Below, piece after piece: positions 8,806 through 21,100 of a DNA stretch of 64,000 nt. Numbering within the stretch: the stretch's first letter is position 1; each line of letters begins with the position of its first letter. Source of the stretch: Candidatus Parcubacteria bacterium (GTDB lineage Bacteria; Patescibacteriota; Patescibacteriia; Patescibacteriales; UBA12075); NCBI GenBank assembly GCA_023132155.1, contig JAGLYP010000008.1, positions 4,846 through 68,845 on the forward strand, given 5' to 3'. Under the pieces are notes generated by a model, which saw nothing but the letters and a program-made list of their open reading frames with translations, had not been told where the DNA came from and made no database searches. The translations under genes and the position numbers were made by a program.

Positions 8806-9825
8806 CTAGTAAGTTGGAGTACAGATATAGGTTAAAGTGTTTTGATAATCACCTGCTTCTTGCAAAACGGAAACTTCAATTTTGTATCCAACTGTTGTAG
8901 TACCAACACCGGCACCCGCTCCGCTTACGGGACCGCCGTGTGTCATAATGGTAAATGCATTTGTGCTGTCCAAACCTTGATACTGTCCGGCGGTAATCGC
9001 GTCACTATCATCTGATGTTAAACCTAGCGAACCCCAGGTATTCTCATCATTGATATCTGCTGTCGGAGATGACCATGCGGCGCTAGTTGAAGTAGAAAAA
9101 CTGTCAATATCAGCGCCAGCCGCGGTTTGCAAATTTTCATCCTGCTGAACAGTTACAGTATAGCCGTCGTCAGCATTTGTGGAAACACTCAACAAATGGC
9201 CCATCAAATATTCCGAACCGGAATTCAGAGTCCCAAACGCTAAAGCGGTCGGCGATGATGTTCCCGTGAAACTGTCCGAACCGACCTTATCATCTGGCGT
9301 TGTTGTTGCTATTGAAAACGACAAAGTCGCGTCAACATGAGCTGTAACCGTAACGTCATCAATGATATATATTTTTGCTTCTGAAGATTCAATTTCCACG
9401 TCATCAGTTTGGTGCGTACTAATGGTTACGCTATAGTCGCCGGTTGTTGACGGATTAACCGCATCGGTTACAGTCGTTGTCGCAACCGTAGTGGAAGCCA
9501 ATGTCTGTCCTGCGTCAACCACGCAATCAATCAACTGCGCGGTAGCGGAAGCGGTTGTATTTGCCGGACAAGTAGTTGTAGCCGAGCTTAAATCTATTCC
9601 CGCTTCAAAAGTAAAACGCACATACTGGCCGGCAGTCAAGGCGGTGCCTAAATCATACACTATTGTGTGTGTAACACCGGGTTGGCTAGGTGAAGAATCA
9701 CTAATCGTATCCTTGGCACTGTCAAGCGAAGCCGCTTCAACCTTTGGTGCAGAACCATAGATTGCCACCATAGATAAAATTAGGACAGCAACTACAGCAA
9801 TCTTTAATCTTTTTATTTTTTGCAT
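8806..9825 (-). CDS. Secreted surface protein with C-terminal WxL-like (YxV/YxC variant) module
   Basis: 339 aa with a signal peptide ending KVEA|AS. The C-terminal module carries STNADDGYTVTVQQDENL and the terminal AGDYQNTLTYICTPTY. The same module occurs in 10333..11415 and at the end of the 4353-aa protein. Confidence 0.6.
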   Translation of the reverse strand: MQKIKRLKIAVVAVLILSMVAIYGSAPKVEAASLDSAKDTISDSSPSQPGVTHTIVYDLGTALTAGQYVRFTFEAGIDLSSATTTCPANTTASATAQLIDCVVDAGQTLASTTVATTTVTDAVNPSTTGDYSVTISTHQTDDVEIESSEAKIYIIDDVTVTAHVDATLSFSIATTTPDDKVGSDSFTGTSSPTALAFGTLNSGSEYLMGHLLSVSTNADDGYTVTVQQDENLQTAAGADIDSFSTSTSAAWSSPTADINDENTWGSLGLTSDDSDAITAGQYQGLDSTNAFTIMTHGGPVSGAGAGVGTTTVGYKIEVSVLQEAGDYQNTLTYICTPTY

Positions 9826-10271
9826 GGGGATAAAACTTAGCTTATAAAATTTAAAAAATAATTTTAAAAACTAAATTCTTAAAACAAAATAATAAAATTT
9901 ACCCCGCTCTAAAAACAAGAGTGGAGAAAAATAAGCTTATTTTTAATGTACATAACAAAATTTCGACCTTTTTTACTCGCGAAAAGCGCAATTAACGAGT
10001 AATTTTGTTACTGTGAAATTATTATAACATATTTTTCTATATTTATAAAATATTTTGTAAAAATTTTAATTATAAAAAATTTAAAAAAATAATTTAACTA
10101 ATTTTAGATAAATTATTTTATTTAACAAACAAATAAATTTTATAATTTTTTTATATTTTCCTTATAATTGATTTATAATTATTTTTATTTAAATAAGCTG
10201 TGGATAATAATGTCATACAACATATAACACACAGCATGCAACATTGTTGCGTGTTGCATGTTATATGTTTC

Positions 10272-10315
10272 AAACACAAAAAACCTTGCTTATAAAAGCA
10301 AAGCTTTTTGTGTTT
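10272..10315 (-). terminator. Rho-independent terminator of 10333..11415
   Basis: On the minus strand, aaacacaaaaagctttgcttttataagcaaggttttttgtgttt forms a hairpin followed by a T-rich tract. Confidence 0.6.
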
Positions 10316-10332
10316 ATAATCTTCTAATGATT

Positions 10333-11415
10333 TTAGAAGGTCGGGGTACAAATGTAAGTCAAGGTATTTTCATAATCACCAGCTTCCTGCAGTGATCCGA
10401 TTTCCGCTTGATAGATAATATGCGCTTCACCTTTATCATAGGTATATCCATCAGACGGACCATCATGATGCATAACCGGCATTGGATCGGTAGTGTTCAA
10501 ACCGGCAAACAAATTAGTGCTAAAATCATCATATCCTCCCAAACTGTTTAAATCAGAATCATCTGTATGCAAACCCATATGTCCATAGGTATGATAAGCA
10601 TCTAAAGTATTTGTCGGACTAACCCAAGCTTCCGGCGTGGTTGAACCGGTTTCATTTGGAGAATTGTTAAAGCTATTGATGTTTGAATCGGAATCAGAAG
10701 TTAATTCATCATCCTGCTCAACCGTTACCGTATAGCCATCATCCGCGTTAGTTGTAACATTTAATGTTTGGCACACAGTTGAAGTGGCGTCTACTGCTAA
10801 GGTGCCGAATGGAGTATTTGTCGCCGTAGAAATATTAGAACAAGGAATACCGTCAACTACGCCCTCAGTTGAAGTTCCGCTAATTGTAAAAGTTAAGGTT
10901 GAATCCACTCTGGCAGTCATCAATATATCCTCAATAATGGCAACAGCGACCGAAACTCTTTCCAATATATTATTGCCGGAATCATAATGTGAAATTTCTA
11001 TATATCTGGCAGCTTCTGAATCTGGATTGGTTACGCTGTTTATTAAAATCTGTTTTGTGCCTGAAGCTTTTTCCACGGTATTTGAAGTACAACGAATTGT
11101 CCGATCACCGTTGCTAAGAGTTGTTGTCCAAGCACCGGCAGGACAAGTTACGTTAGCCGAAGAACTTGTACCAAATTGAGTCGGAAAAGTAACTTCAATA
11201 TAACCGTTAACCGCGGTTGATGTTCCTGTTGTGAAATCAAAAGTATGATTCGCGACCTTGCTTACGTCAGAATCGCTGATTGTGTCTTTCGCGTCACTAA
11301 TCGCGTCAACCGCGTTGGCATTATCCGGCAGCGGAATAAAGCCATACATGGCAATCATTATTAATACAACCAATATGCCTGCCAAATATTTTTTTTGTTT
11401 TTTAATTTTGCTCAT
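10333..11415 (-). CDS. Secreted surface protein with C-terminal WxL-like module (paralog of 8806..9825)
   Basis: 360 aa with a signal peptide. It shares the N-terminal DAKDTISDSD motif, then TTNADDGYTVTVEQDDEL and the terminal AGDYENTLTYICTPTF. Confidence 0.6.
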   Translation of the reverse strand: MSKIKKQKKYLAGILVVLIMIAMYGFIPLPDNANAVDAISDAKDTISDSDVSKVANHTFDFTTGTSTAVNGYIEVTFPTQFGTSSSANVTCPAGAWTTTLSNGDRTIRCTSNTVEKASGTKQILINSVTNPDSEAARYIEISHYDSGNNILERVSVAVAIIEDILMTARVDSTLTFTISGTSTEGVVDGIPCSNISTATNTPFGTLAVDATSTVCQTLNVTTNADDGYTVTVEQDDELTSDSDSNINSFNNSPNETGSTTPEAWVSPTNTLDAYHTYGHMGLHTDDSDLNSLGGYDDFSTNLFAGLNTTDPMPVMHHDGPSDGYTYDKGEAHIIYQAEIGSLQEAGDYENTLTYICTPTF

Positions 11416-11431
11416 AATTTTTATTTTTTAT

Positions 11432-11647
11432 TTAAATATTTGATCTATGCGGGATATTGCGAAAATAGTCAGTTGATAATACCACGTCAATTATATTTTT
11501 TACCTCATTCTTGCTGTAATACCGCCAGCCCCGAGAATCTCTTTTAGCCAGTGGAATCAAGCCTTCTTTTTCCCAGCGAATCAATGTAGTCTTATCTCTG
11601 TCTATTTTATCTTGAATATCCTTAAGACGATATTTTTTGATATTCAT
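11432..11647 (-). CDS. Small MerR/excisionase-type helix-turn-helix protein
   Basis: I prefer the ATG at 11647 ([49 protein letters not shown]). The track start at 11722 is a TTG preceded by low-complexity sequence. The [12 protein letters not shown]...RGWRYY pattern is typical of MerR-like HTH. Confidence 0.55.
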   Translation of the reverse strand: MNIKKYRLKDIQDKIDRDKTTLIRWEKEGLIPLAKRDSRGWRYYSKNEVKNIIDVVLSTDYFRNIPHRSNI

Positions 11648-12142
11648 AATTTTTATTTTTTTATTTTTATTATTGTTTTCGACCTTTTCATTTTTAGTCT
11701 CCGCCTTAAAAGCAAGAAACAAGGTATATAAATTTTGAAAATTAATTTTTCACAAACATTTTTCCAACAAAAAAAAGCTTTTTTAACAAAAAAAACTTTA
11801 AATCTAACTTATATATATAATAGCGATTTTGATATTTATTATTTTTCATTTTTGTTTTTTTTGCCTATTTTGGACAATTTTTATTTTTTTGGTTTTTATA
11901 AATATACCACATAACACTATAATGCTATATTGCTATACTATATTTTATATTATACACTATTTTTATAAAAGGGTCAATTATTTAGCTGTTAATAACCTAT
12001 ATTTTATTTAATATTAGTTAAATTAAATTTATTTTTATTTTTTATTTTTAGTGTTTAAATTTTAATTTTTAAACTTTTTTTATGAAATTTTTCTAAATTA
12101 GCCAATTTTTTTAACAACTGTGGATAAATATTTTCGGAATTA

Positions 12143-15100
12143 TTAATAATTCGGCGCCAAAACGTAAACAATATTTGTGGTGTAGTCCCCTGCCGCTTGA
12201 AGATCACTGACTTCAACGCGATAAATTAAATCTACTGTTTCGTTGTTTACCGGCAGCGAGCTATAAGAAATTTCCCTTAGGTTTGTGTCAAATTGGGCAT
12301 ATCTTTCATCGGAAGAAAAACGCGCGGGAAATGATCCTGACAAATTATCGTCTCCGGTATGATAGCCAAAAGCGCTCGGATTAGGGTTAGCCGGCCATAA
12401 ACCGGGATTTTCATTGGTACCTGCTACGGGATCAATATCCGCGCCTGTATTTGAAAGAAGAGCTTGGCGCTGATAAACGAATAATTGATAACCCATTTCG
12501 GCATTGGTTGTAATTGTAAAACGATGTCCTGCTTCAATTTTACTGCCAATCGGCAATATGCCGAACGGTACGCTGGTGGCGGTACTGGGAACGTCAATAG
12601 TAATGTTTTCCGTGCTGGTTCCGCTTGGAAGCCCTGAAACATTAAAACTTAAAACCGCGCTGGAAACGATTACGCTTGGATAAGACGAGCCGTCATTTTT
12701 TAACACTGCTTTTTCAAAATTGCCATATAAACTGTAATAATTACAAAAACCGCGAAAATAATAAGTAGTTGACGTAGCCGGACTATCGGCACACACCGTA
12801 AATTCCCATTCGTCCGTATCCAGTTTCGCGTGATTAAATGAGCTGGTGGAAATGCCGGATTCATTATGAGCGGCTTTTGTGACTGAATCTGTTAAGAGTA
12901 AAGCGCTTATTAAATCATTATCATCATCAACGCCGTCGCCATAAGTCCAAAGCGCGGTCGTTGAAGCTTGCTCTCCGACAAAATAAACATTACTTGCGAA
13001 ACTTGAGTCAGTGGAATACTGCAAACGCATTTTTACATTTTTTCCTAAAATATTTTCTGTTTCTTTAATGCTAAGCCTTAATTTTAGAAGATTACCATCG
13101 CCGACAATTTGCGGGGCGTAATTTTCTAAGGCAGCCGGAATAACCGGAGTCTCCGAATCCTCATCATGATACCAGCGCCAATTTTGGGATTTTGGCGAAT
13201 AGGACGGGCTGTCGTCCCAAACAATATATCCTCTTGGGTCGCCCGGATCTGAATCATAATCTTCACCCGCGTAATGCCCGTAATGCTCTGTAAACGTCCA
13301 AGGATAAGACGATGTACTGTTTAATATTACATTATAACCGCTTGTTATTCCCGTGCTGGTGGCGAAACGAATATTAGTACTGGTCGCCCAAGGATTAGCG
13401 TCAATTACGCTCGCCGCGACCTTAATCATAGCTCCGCCATTAGCGCTTAATTCAAAATCGCCATTATTAAAAGAGTCTATACTGGTGGTGCCAGACAAAT
13501 TCAAGCCGTTCGCGTCTGTGTTTCTGAATTGAAAATAATTTGCCGCCAATGTTGTGGTTGCGACTGACAATGAAAAATCGCCTGAACCCTGATTGGCAAT
13601 GGTCGTTGTTGCGGCGCTTGTTCCGACAATATTTAAAATAGAGTTACTTATGTCAATTGAAGAATTATTAGCGATTCTAACATCGCATTGCCGTTCAGTT
13701 CCGCTTAAATTCGCGCCGTCAAAATCCGTGGCATAAGCCCAATACTCAATGCCTGCGTCAATATTATAATCTCCCCAAATATATAAATCGCCGTTAACAT
13801 TTGCGTGGTCTTGCGAATACAGCGATCCTGTTGAATCAACCGTAAATACTCCAGCACCGGTATTCCATTGTTTAATGTCGGTATTAGCGCCTACTCGCAA
13901 ACGAGAATAATTTTCCGAAGATTGATTCTTAGATGCGATGTTGTAAGCTGTGCCGCTATTCAAAAATAATTCCGAACCGGAATTCCAAACGGTAACATTC
14001 GGCGCGGTATCGGTAATAATGTACTCGCCCTGAACTTCAATTTTCACGTTAGCGGCAACCGTAAAGGCGGAAGCGTTATTGATTTCCCAGTTACCTGTTG
14101 ATGTCGCATTATCGGTAATAGTCCAACCACCGCTCGCGTTAGCAAATACTACGCGGTTAAAAACGGAACTTCCGGGATTAATTATTTTTCCGGTACTAAG
14201 CGCGTCAAAAGTGGTAGTCGCGTTCTCTGCCCAAAACTCGCCATTATTTATCCAATTTCCGGCTGCGTTAATGTCATAATTATTGCTTGAAACATCTAAA
14301 ATTGAATTGGAACCGATATTTAAATCTCCACTTGTTTTAAGATTATTATTCACCAAACTAGTTGATGCCAAAGATGATTTAGCAAAACTTAAATTATAAA
14401 AATCATGGTTAGCGTCAACTCCGCCGGAGCTGAGCGTCGCGTCTGCCGTCCCATCGAAAGTTGTAGTCGCGTTTGCGGCTACAAACGCACCGGACGCGTC
14501 AACTGTCCAATTTCCGCCCAAAGTAATAATCGTGCCGTCCCCTTCTTTGTTGTCCAAGCAATCAAAAGTACCATACACAGTAATAAAATTCGTAATACCC
14601 ACTTCATAACCGCGGGTATAAAAACTATCACCGCTGCTAACTGTTAAGCTGTCTGCGACAAAATCCGAGTTAAGGTTGGTTACGGCCGGAGAATAACCGA
14701 TTTGCACATTACCTAAATTATTTATTACCGTATTTCTATCTTCAAAAAATCCCTCGCCTTGATCTTCAAAAATTAAAATACCGGTACCGCTTGCTTTAAC
14801 AAAAACGGCTTCGTTTTCAATCAACATGCTGCCGGTTTCAAAATTTACATCCTCTCCTTGAATAAGAGTTCCTTTGGCAATTGTAGTAGTAGCGGTTGTC
14901 GTGGATGAATCAAACAATGTCCACTCTCCGCCAGCGCCATTTAAAGTTAAATTCCAAAACGGCTGATTGTTGGTTTTAATTATCTTGCCGGTACTGGTGG
15001 AAGTAAACTCAACCGTTGAAGAAGCTGCCGTAAACAAACCCTCAGCAGCCTCCCAATTTCCCGCTACCGTAATCACTTGTTCGCCTATCGCCGTAAATTG

Positions 15101-18100
15101 GCCGCAAATTTCCATATCATCAATTGTGATATTGCCGCTGCCGGATTCAAACTGGCTTCCCTGCCAAACATATAATTTATTTCCCGACGCGACGTTAAAG
15201 GCGGTACCTGTTACCGCGCAAGAAATATCATTATCCTGATCAGAATCATAACTATTAATATTCGCGACTGTCAAAGGACCCGCGTCATCATGCCTGACAA
15301 TTATTCTATTTTGATATATATCAAAGCCTGTTACTTCGCCTTGTCCGGAATAACGGTTATAAGCTACGCCTTTTTCAATTTTTCCGTCAATATATATTAC
15401 AATCGGCGTGCCTGTCGCTTGCGGATCAATATCTTCAAATACAAAAGAACCGTCCACGGCTGAAGCCGCGATTGACCGTTCGTAAACGCCGTTAATGGCA
15501 ATGCTGATTGTCGGCGCGGTTAAAAGCGGCGTTAGGCCTTCGTCCGAATAAACTGCGCCGTAATAAGAAGGCACCAGCTTGGTTGTAACTTCTCCCGACG
15601 AATAAGACTTATTGCCAAACTGATCATAAGCCCAAATTTTAAATACATATTGATTATTTTTAATAAGCCCTGTGATAGTGGTTGTAGCCGCGCCTTGAAA
15701 ATCGGCATAACCTAAATTCTCATCCGTACTGGAGCTGTGCGCGCTATCGGATTCCGTTACGCCTGATGCCGCTTGTTTATAGAATATTTTATATTCAAAA
15801 AAATTATTGTCGCTTGAGGTTGCGCCAAATTCTAATGTTACCGAATTGTCGGTTTTACTGACAACCGTTAAATTGCCGGGGCTGGACGGATCCTTGTTGT
15901 CAACCGTTAAAGTGGTGGTGGCTAATGGATATTGATCGTCATAACCGTCATTAACGGTTAGCCGCAGGCAATATGTATCTTCCAAATCCGGAATATCACT
16001 GAAAGAATCCCAATCAAAACCAATGGTATTCGGACCATATTGAGTGATAATTTTATTGGAACCGGTACCGATTTGATATTCGTTCGCGTTGATAATTATC
16101 GGGTTGCCATAATCATGCTGAATATTATCAATATTTTCATCCAAAGTCGGATCCGCGGGCGAGCCAAAATCGCAAGCTCCGCCTTGGACATATTCAATTT
16201 TAGCTATGCTTGGATCATGGTCTAAATCTGTAACTAAAATTGAAATGTCTACCACGCCATTGCCGCCTATTTTTTGTTCGGCCGAAACAAAAGATCCGGT
16301 TGGTTTGGGCACAAGCGTTAGTTCCGGATATTTTTCATAGATATTTATATCTTCGCCTTCATAAGTTAAACGAAAACAATAAGTTTCTCCGGCCTCGGCG
16401 TTAACTGTTGGGATAATCGCATACTCAATTTCCGTATATTCATTCTGGCTTAAAGTCAAAGGCGAAGTGCTGGCAGACGGCGATTTTACCATATAGCCCT
16501 GCGCGTAAGAATAGCTTTCTGAATTAACAAACTTTTGAAAAGTTGCGTCTTGATTATTAAAATAAGGGCTGTCGTACATGGAAAAATGCTCTGTTCCCGC
16601 GTTAATCGGCACCGAAATCCAAGGATCAGCGCTTGCGCAATCCCCGTTTTTGACGCCGTATTCAATTTGGTAAGCATAGTTCGTTGAATCCCAATCGCCG
16701 ACATTAGATATTGCAACGCGCAAGCGTACCGGTGTTTGCCGTCCGATTGGCGTACTGGTTGCCGGATCAGGATAATCTTCATATTCGCGCCAAGTGGCCG
16801 AAGGCACTATTATCGTCGTAGTCGCCAGTTCCTCTGTCGCGCTCGCTTTATTGCCATAATTATCATAAGCCCAAATATTAAAATAATAATCCGTATTTTG
16901 TTCCAGACCGTTAATCGTAACCGCGTTTGCGCCGTCAAAAAATATATCAGCTAAACTATTATCATCATATTGATTAAATTCACTGTCAGACTCCGTAACT
17001 CCGGGAGTACTCTCTTTATAAAATATTTTATACTCTTTAAAATTGGTTTCCGTGGTCGTTGCTCCGAGTCCGATCTCAATTTCCAAACCACTGACTAAAA
17101 CCGCGCTTAAATTCCCCGGATCAGCCGGATTGGTATTGTCAACAGTCAAGGTGGTTGTTGCGGAAATAGCTTGATCGTTAGTGCCGTCATTAACCGTTAA
17201 TCTTAAGCAATAAGTGCCGTTGGCGTTTGGAATATCGCTTTTAGAGTCCCAGTCAAATTCCACTGTATTCGCGCCTAAGTTGGTAATAATTTTAGTGGAA
17301 GTGCCAATTTGATAAACGTTGTTATTACCAATATCCGGATCCCCATGGTCGGCGGCAATATTAGCGCCGTCTTCATCCAATGTCGGATCCTCGGGCGAGC
17401 TAAAATCGCAACCGGCGCCTAAAACATATTCAAGCTTGGCAATACACGCTTCGCCGTTAACATCATATACTTCAATGGAAACATCAACCACTCCGCTGCC
17501 GTCGGTTTTTTGCGCGGTAAACAATGGATTAAAATCGCCTGTCGGAAGCGCATTAGTGGAAATTGTTGTTTGCGAAGAATTTGATTTGTTGCCGTAATCG
17601 TCATAAGCAAAAATTTTAAAGCTATACTGTTTATTTTCATCCAGCAATTCAATTGTTGTGGTTGCGGCGCCATAAAATAATATATCTCCTAAATTAGAGT
17701 CAGCATGAGGTGTATCGCCTTCATCAACTGCGGATACGCCTTCTTTATAATATATTTTATATTCTTTAAAATTTGTTTCGGTGGTAGTCGTGCCAAATTC
17801 CAAAGTAATTGAAGAGCTGTCAGAAGAATAAAGGCTTAAATATCCGGGAACAGTCGGCGCGGCATTATCAATCGTAATTGTTGTGGTCGCGCTTACGGAT
17901 TGGTCTTCAATTTGATCGTTAACGGTTAGCCGCAAACAATACGCGCCGTCGCCTTCCGGCAAATTGCTCTGAGACAACCAATCAAAATTTACGGTATTTT
18001 GTCCGCTTGCGGTCGTAATCCAACCGGATGCATCACCAATTTGATAATCATTATTGTTGTCAATTTTCGCGTCATCATAAGTGCTTGTGGCATTAGCGTC

Positions 18101-21100
18101 TGTCGCATCCAGAGTTAATTTATCAGCCGAAACAAACAAACAGCTTGCGCCTGCTTCATATTCTATTTTTGCCTGAAGCTCCTCATCATCTATATCATCA
18201 ACTTGAATTGATAAATCAACTGCTCCGCTGCCATCAATCCTTGTGCTGGCGCTTGAAAAAAATCCAATCGGCAAATTATTGGTTTTATAAGTGAATTCTT
18301 GCGTGGAACTGGCAATATTGCCCGCCTCGTCATAGGCATAAATATTAAATACATAATCAAGACCTGCCAATAAACCGCTTACGCTTGTCGTGGCTGCTTC
18401 GTCAAAATCAATAAAAGCCAAATTAGCATCATCACTGAAATTAAATTCATCGTTATCCTCGGTAACTCCGCTTGTGCCTTGCTTATAAAATATTTTATAC
18501 TCGCTAAAATTATCTTCCGTAGTAGTCGCGCCAAAATTAAGAGTTATGGAATAGCTGTTATAGCTTGCCAAGCTGAGGGCGCCGGGATTTGCCGGCAAAG
18601 TGTTGTCCAATTTAAAATTCGGGCTTGTGGCATTAAAAACCGTCCATTCTGAACAAGAACCATTATCATCGCAAGCCAAAACCTGCCACTTAAACCCGGC
18701 GGAAGAATCGGAAATTCCCGTTGGTTTTATAAAGCCAATAAAAGGCGTGATTGAATAATTGCCTGGCGCGCTTGCAGTCTGCCAAAATTTACTCGAACAA
18801 TCCTCATAAGCAGTGCTTGAGGCGCAAGCTCCAAATGGCGCAGTGGTAGCGGTGGCAAAAGTTTCAATGTCTGTAATTAGTTCAAAATACAAAGTCAAGA
18901 CTTCGCTGGTATCGCTGTCTAAAACGCTTGCCGTTAATTCCACAACATCCTCTTCTGTCCAATCACCGTTCGCAATCGCGCTTACGCCATCATTTTTGAA
19001 TTGCGCGGGAGAGCTGGGATTATTAGGCAAGTAGTTCGTTGTTGCCGTTAATTCAGCTGTCGCGCTTGCCTTATTGCCATAAGTATCATAAGCCCAAATA
19101 TTAATTACATATTCTGTGCCCGGACTTAAATTGTTAATGGTTGTAGTAGCGGTATTATTATACAAAATATTATCCAAATCCGGATCGTCATGTTCGCTAT
19201 CGCCCTCAGTAACTCCGCTAGAACCTTCTTTGTAATATATTTTATAATCTTGAAAATTCGACGCGGTAGTAGTCGCGCCAAAATTAAGCGTTAAAGAATA
19301 GCTGGTTTTTGAATTAAGATTCAAACTGCCCGGAGAAGCGGGGCTGGTATTATAAACTGCGATAGTAGCCGTTGCCGGACTTATCTGGCTGAATGTGCCG
19401 TCATTAACAGTTAATTGTAAACAATAGTCACCGCTTGTTTCAGGCAAATCTGTTTTTGAAAGCCAGTCAAATTCAACCGTATTTGAGCCGGGCGAAGTCC
19501 AAATCCAGCCTGTGGTCGTGCCAACTTGATATTCACTCGTATTGTCTACATCCACGTCTCCATAATCTTGGCTGATATACGCTCCATTTTCATCCAGAGA
19601 TGGGTCTTGCGGCGAACTAAAATCACAAGCAACTCCGGCAACATAGTCAATACGCGCGCGCAAAGTATCATCATTATCAGGATCATCAACTTCAATGGAA
19701 ATATTAATTCTGCCTGAGCCGTCTTGCTCTTGCGAAACCGAATTAAAACTTGCCACAGGCGGAGAAGCAGCGGAATCAGTTGTTACAGTTATTTCCGAAG
19801 CATTGGCTTTATTTCCGGCCTCGTCATAAGCCCAAATATTAATCACATACTCTGTGCCGGCCGACAAGCTATCAATCGTTGTAGTTGACTCGTCATTAAA
19901 ATCAATATCCAATAAATTTTCATCACTGCTTGAGCCATGCTGTAAGTTTGATTCAGTAACACCGGAACTGCCCGCCTTGTAATAAATTATATACTCTCTA
20001 AAATTTGCTTCCGTGGTAGTCGCGCCAAAATTAAGCGTAATACTTGTGCTGGTTTTCGCGTTTTCACTTAAATCTCCAGGAGTATCAGGGGCGCTATGGT
20101 CAACTTTAAAATTCGGATCAGCGCCGGCGTCCGTCCAATCGGTGCATTCATTATTGTCATCGCAGGCCATAACGCGCCATTTATAACCGACAACTGAATC
20201 TGGAATATCAGTTGGATTAACTTCTCCAGTATATGCGACAGAACTGTAATCACCGGCCGCGGACATAATTTTCCAGACTTTATTTGAACAAGCATCCCAA
20301 GTTTCGCTAACCGCGCAAGCGCCGACAATATTTCCCACAAAAGCATCTGTGCTGGTTGCCAGTTCAAAATAAAGTGTTAATATTTCGCTAAAATCGTTAT
20401 CATTTACGCTTGCTTTTAATTTAATATTATCCTCATTAGTCCAAATACCATTATTAATTTGAGTTACTCCATCGTTTTTTAATTGCGTAAGTGACGCGGG
20501 GTTGGAAGGCGCGTAATTTGTAGTAGTGGCAATTTCAGATATTGCCATTGATTTATTACCAACTATATCATAAGCCCAAATATTAAAAACATACTGCGTG
20601 CCGGTTGCTAAACCGTCAATAGTAACGGTTGTGGCGGTTTGATATAAAATATCTCCCAAATTTGAATCATGCGTGGAATTAAATTCCGTATCAGATTCAC
20701 TTACGCCTGATGCAGCTTGTTTGTAATAAATTTTATATTCGCTAAAATTTACCTCTGTGGTAGTGGCGCCAAAATTTAAAGTTATGTTATCGCTGGCTTT
20801 GGAATTAAAAGTCAAATTTCCAGGGGCAGTCGGCGTATTCGCGTCAATCGCGTCACTGTCTTGCGAAATCGGAGTGGCATAAACGGCGCTTTGGTTGGTA
20901 GCAACATCAGAAATTACGACATTAGCGACTGAAATATTTGAACTGGACGCGACATCAGCGCCGCCTTCGGTTATTGTGAACTGCGCCGTGTAGGTGGTGG
21001 AGTTGGAACGGGTAAAATTAGATAACGCGAAGCCGTTGATTGTGCCGGAGCTTAATGAATAAGTTTCACCGCCGTCATCTTCAGTTGTGAATGTGGCGGT

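Noticed and set aside
10151-10351. 66-aa minus-strand ORF overlapping the end of 10333..11415.
   Set aside because: It covers terminator hairpins and an imperfect palindrome, its composition is Cys/Leu-rich and nonsensical, and it has no SD.
10199-12127. Two perfect DnaA-box 9-mers (TGTGGATAA at 10199-10207 and 12119-12127) plus a one-mismatch copy near 31549, all intergenic.
   Set aside because: Two isolated boxes 2 kb apart do not make an origin, since they lack a dnaA/dnaN context, a box cluster and an adjacent AT-rich unwinding element. In AT-rich DNA about one chance hit per window is plausible. They may be part of a short shared downstream motif (a(a/g)ctgtggataa).
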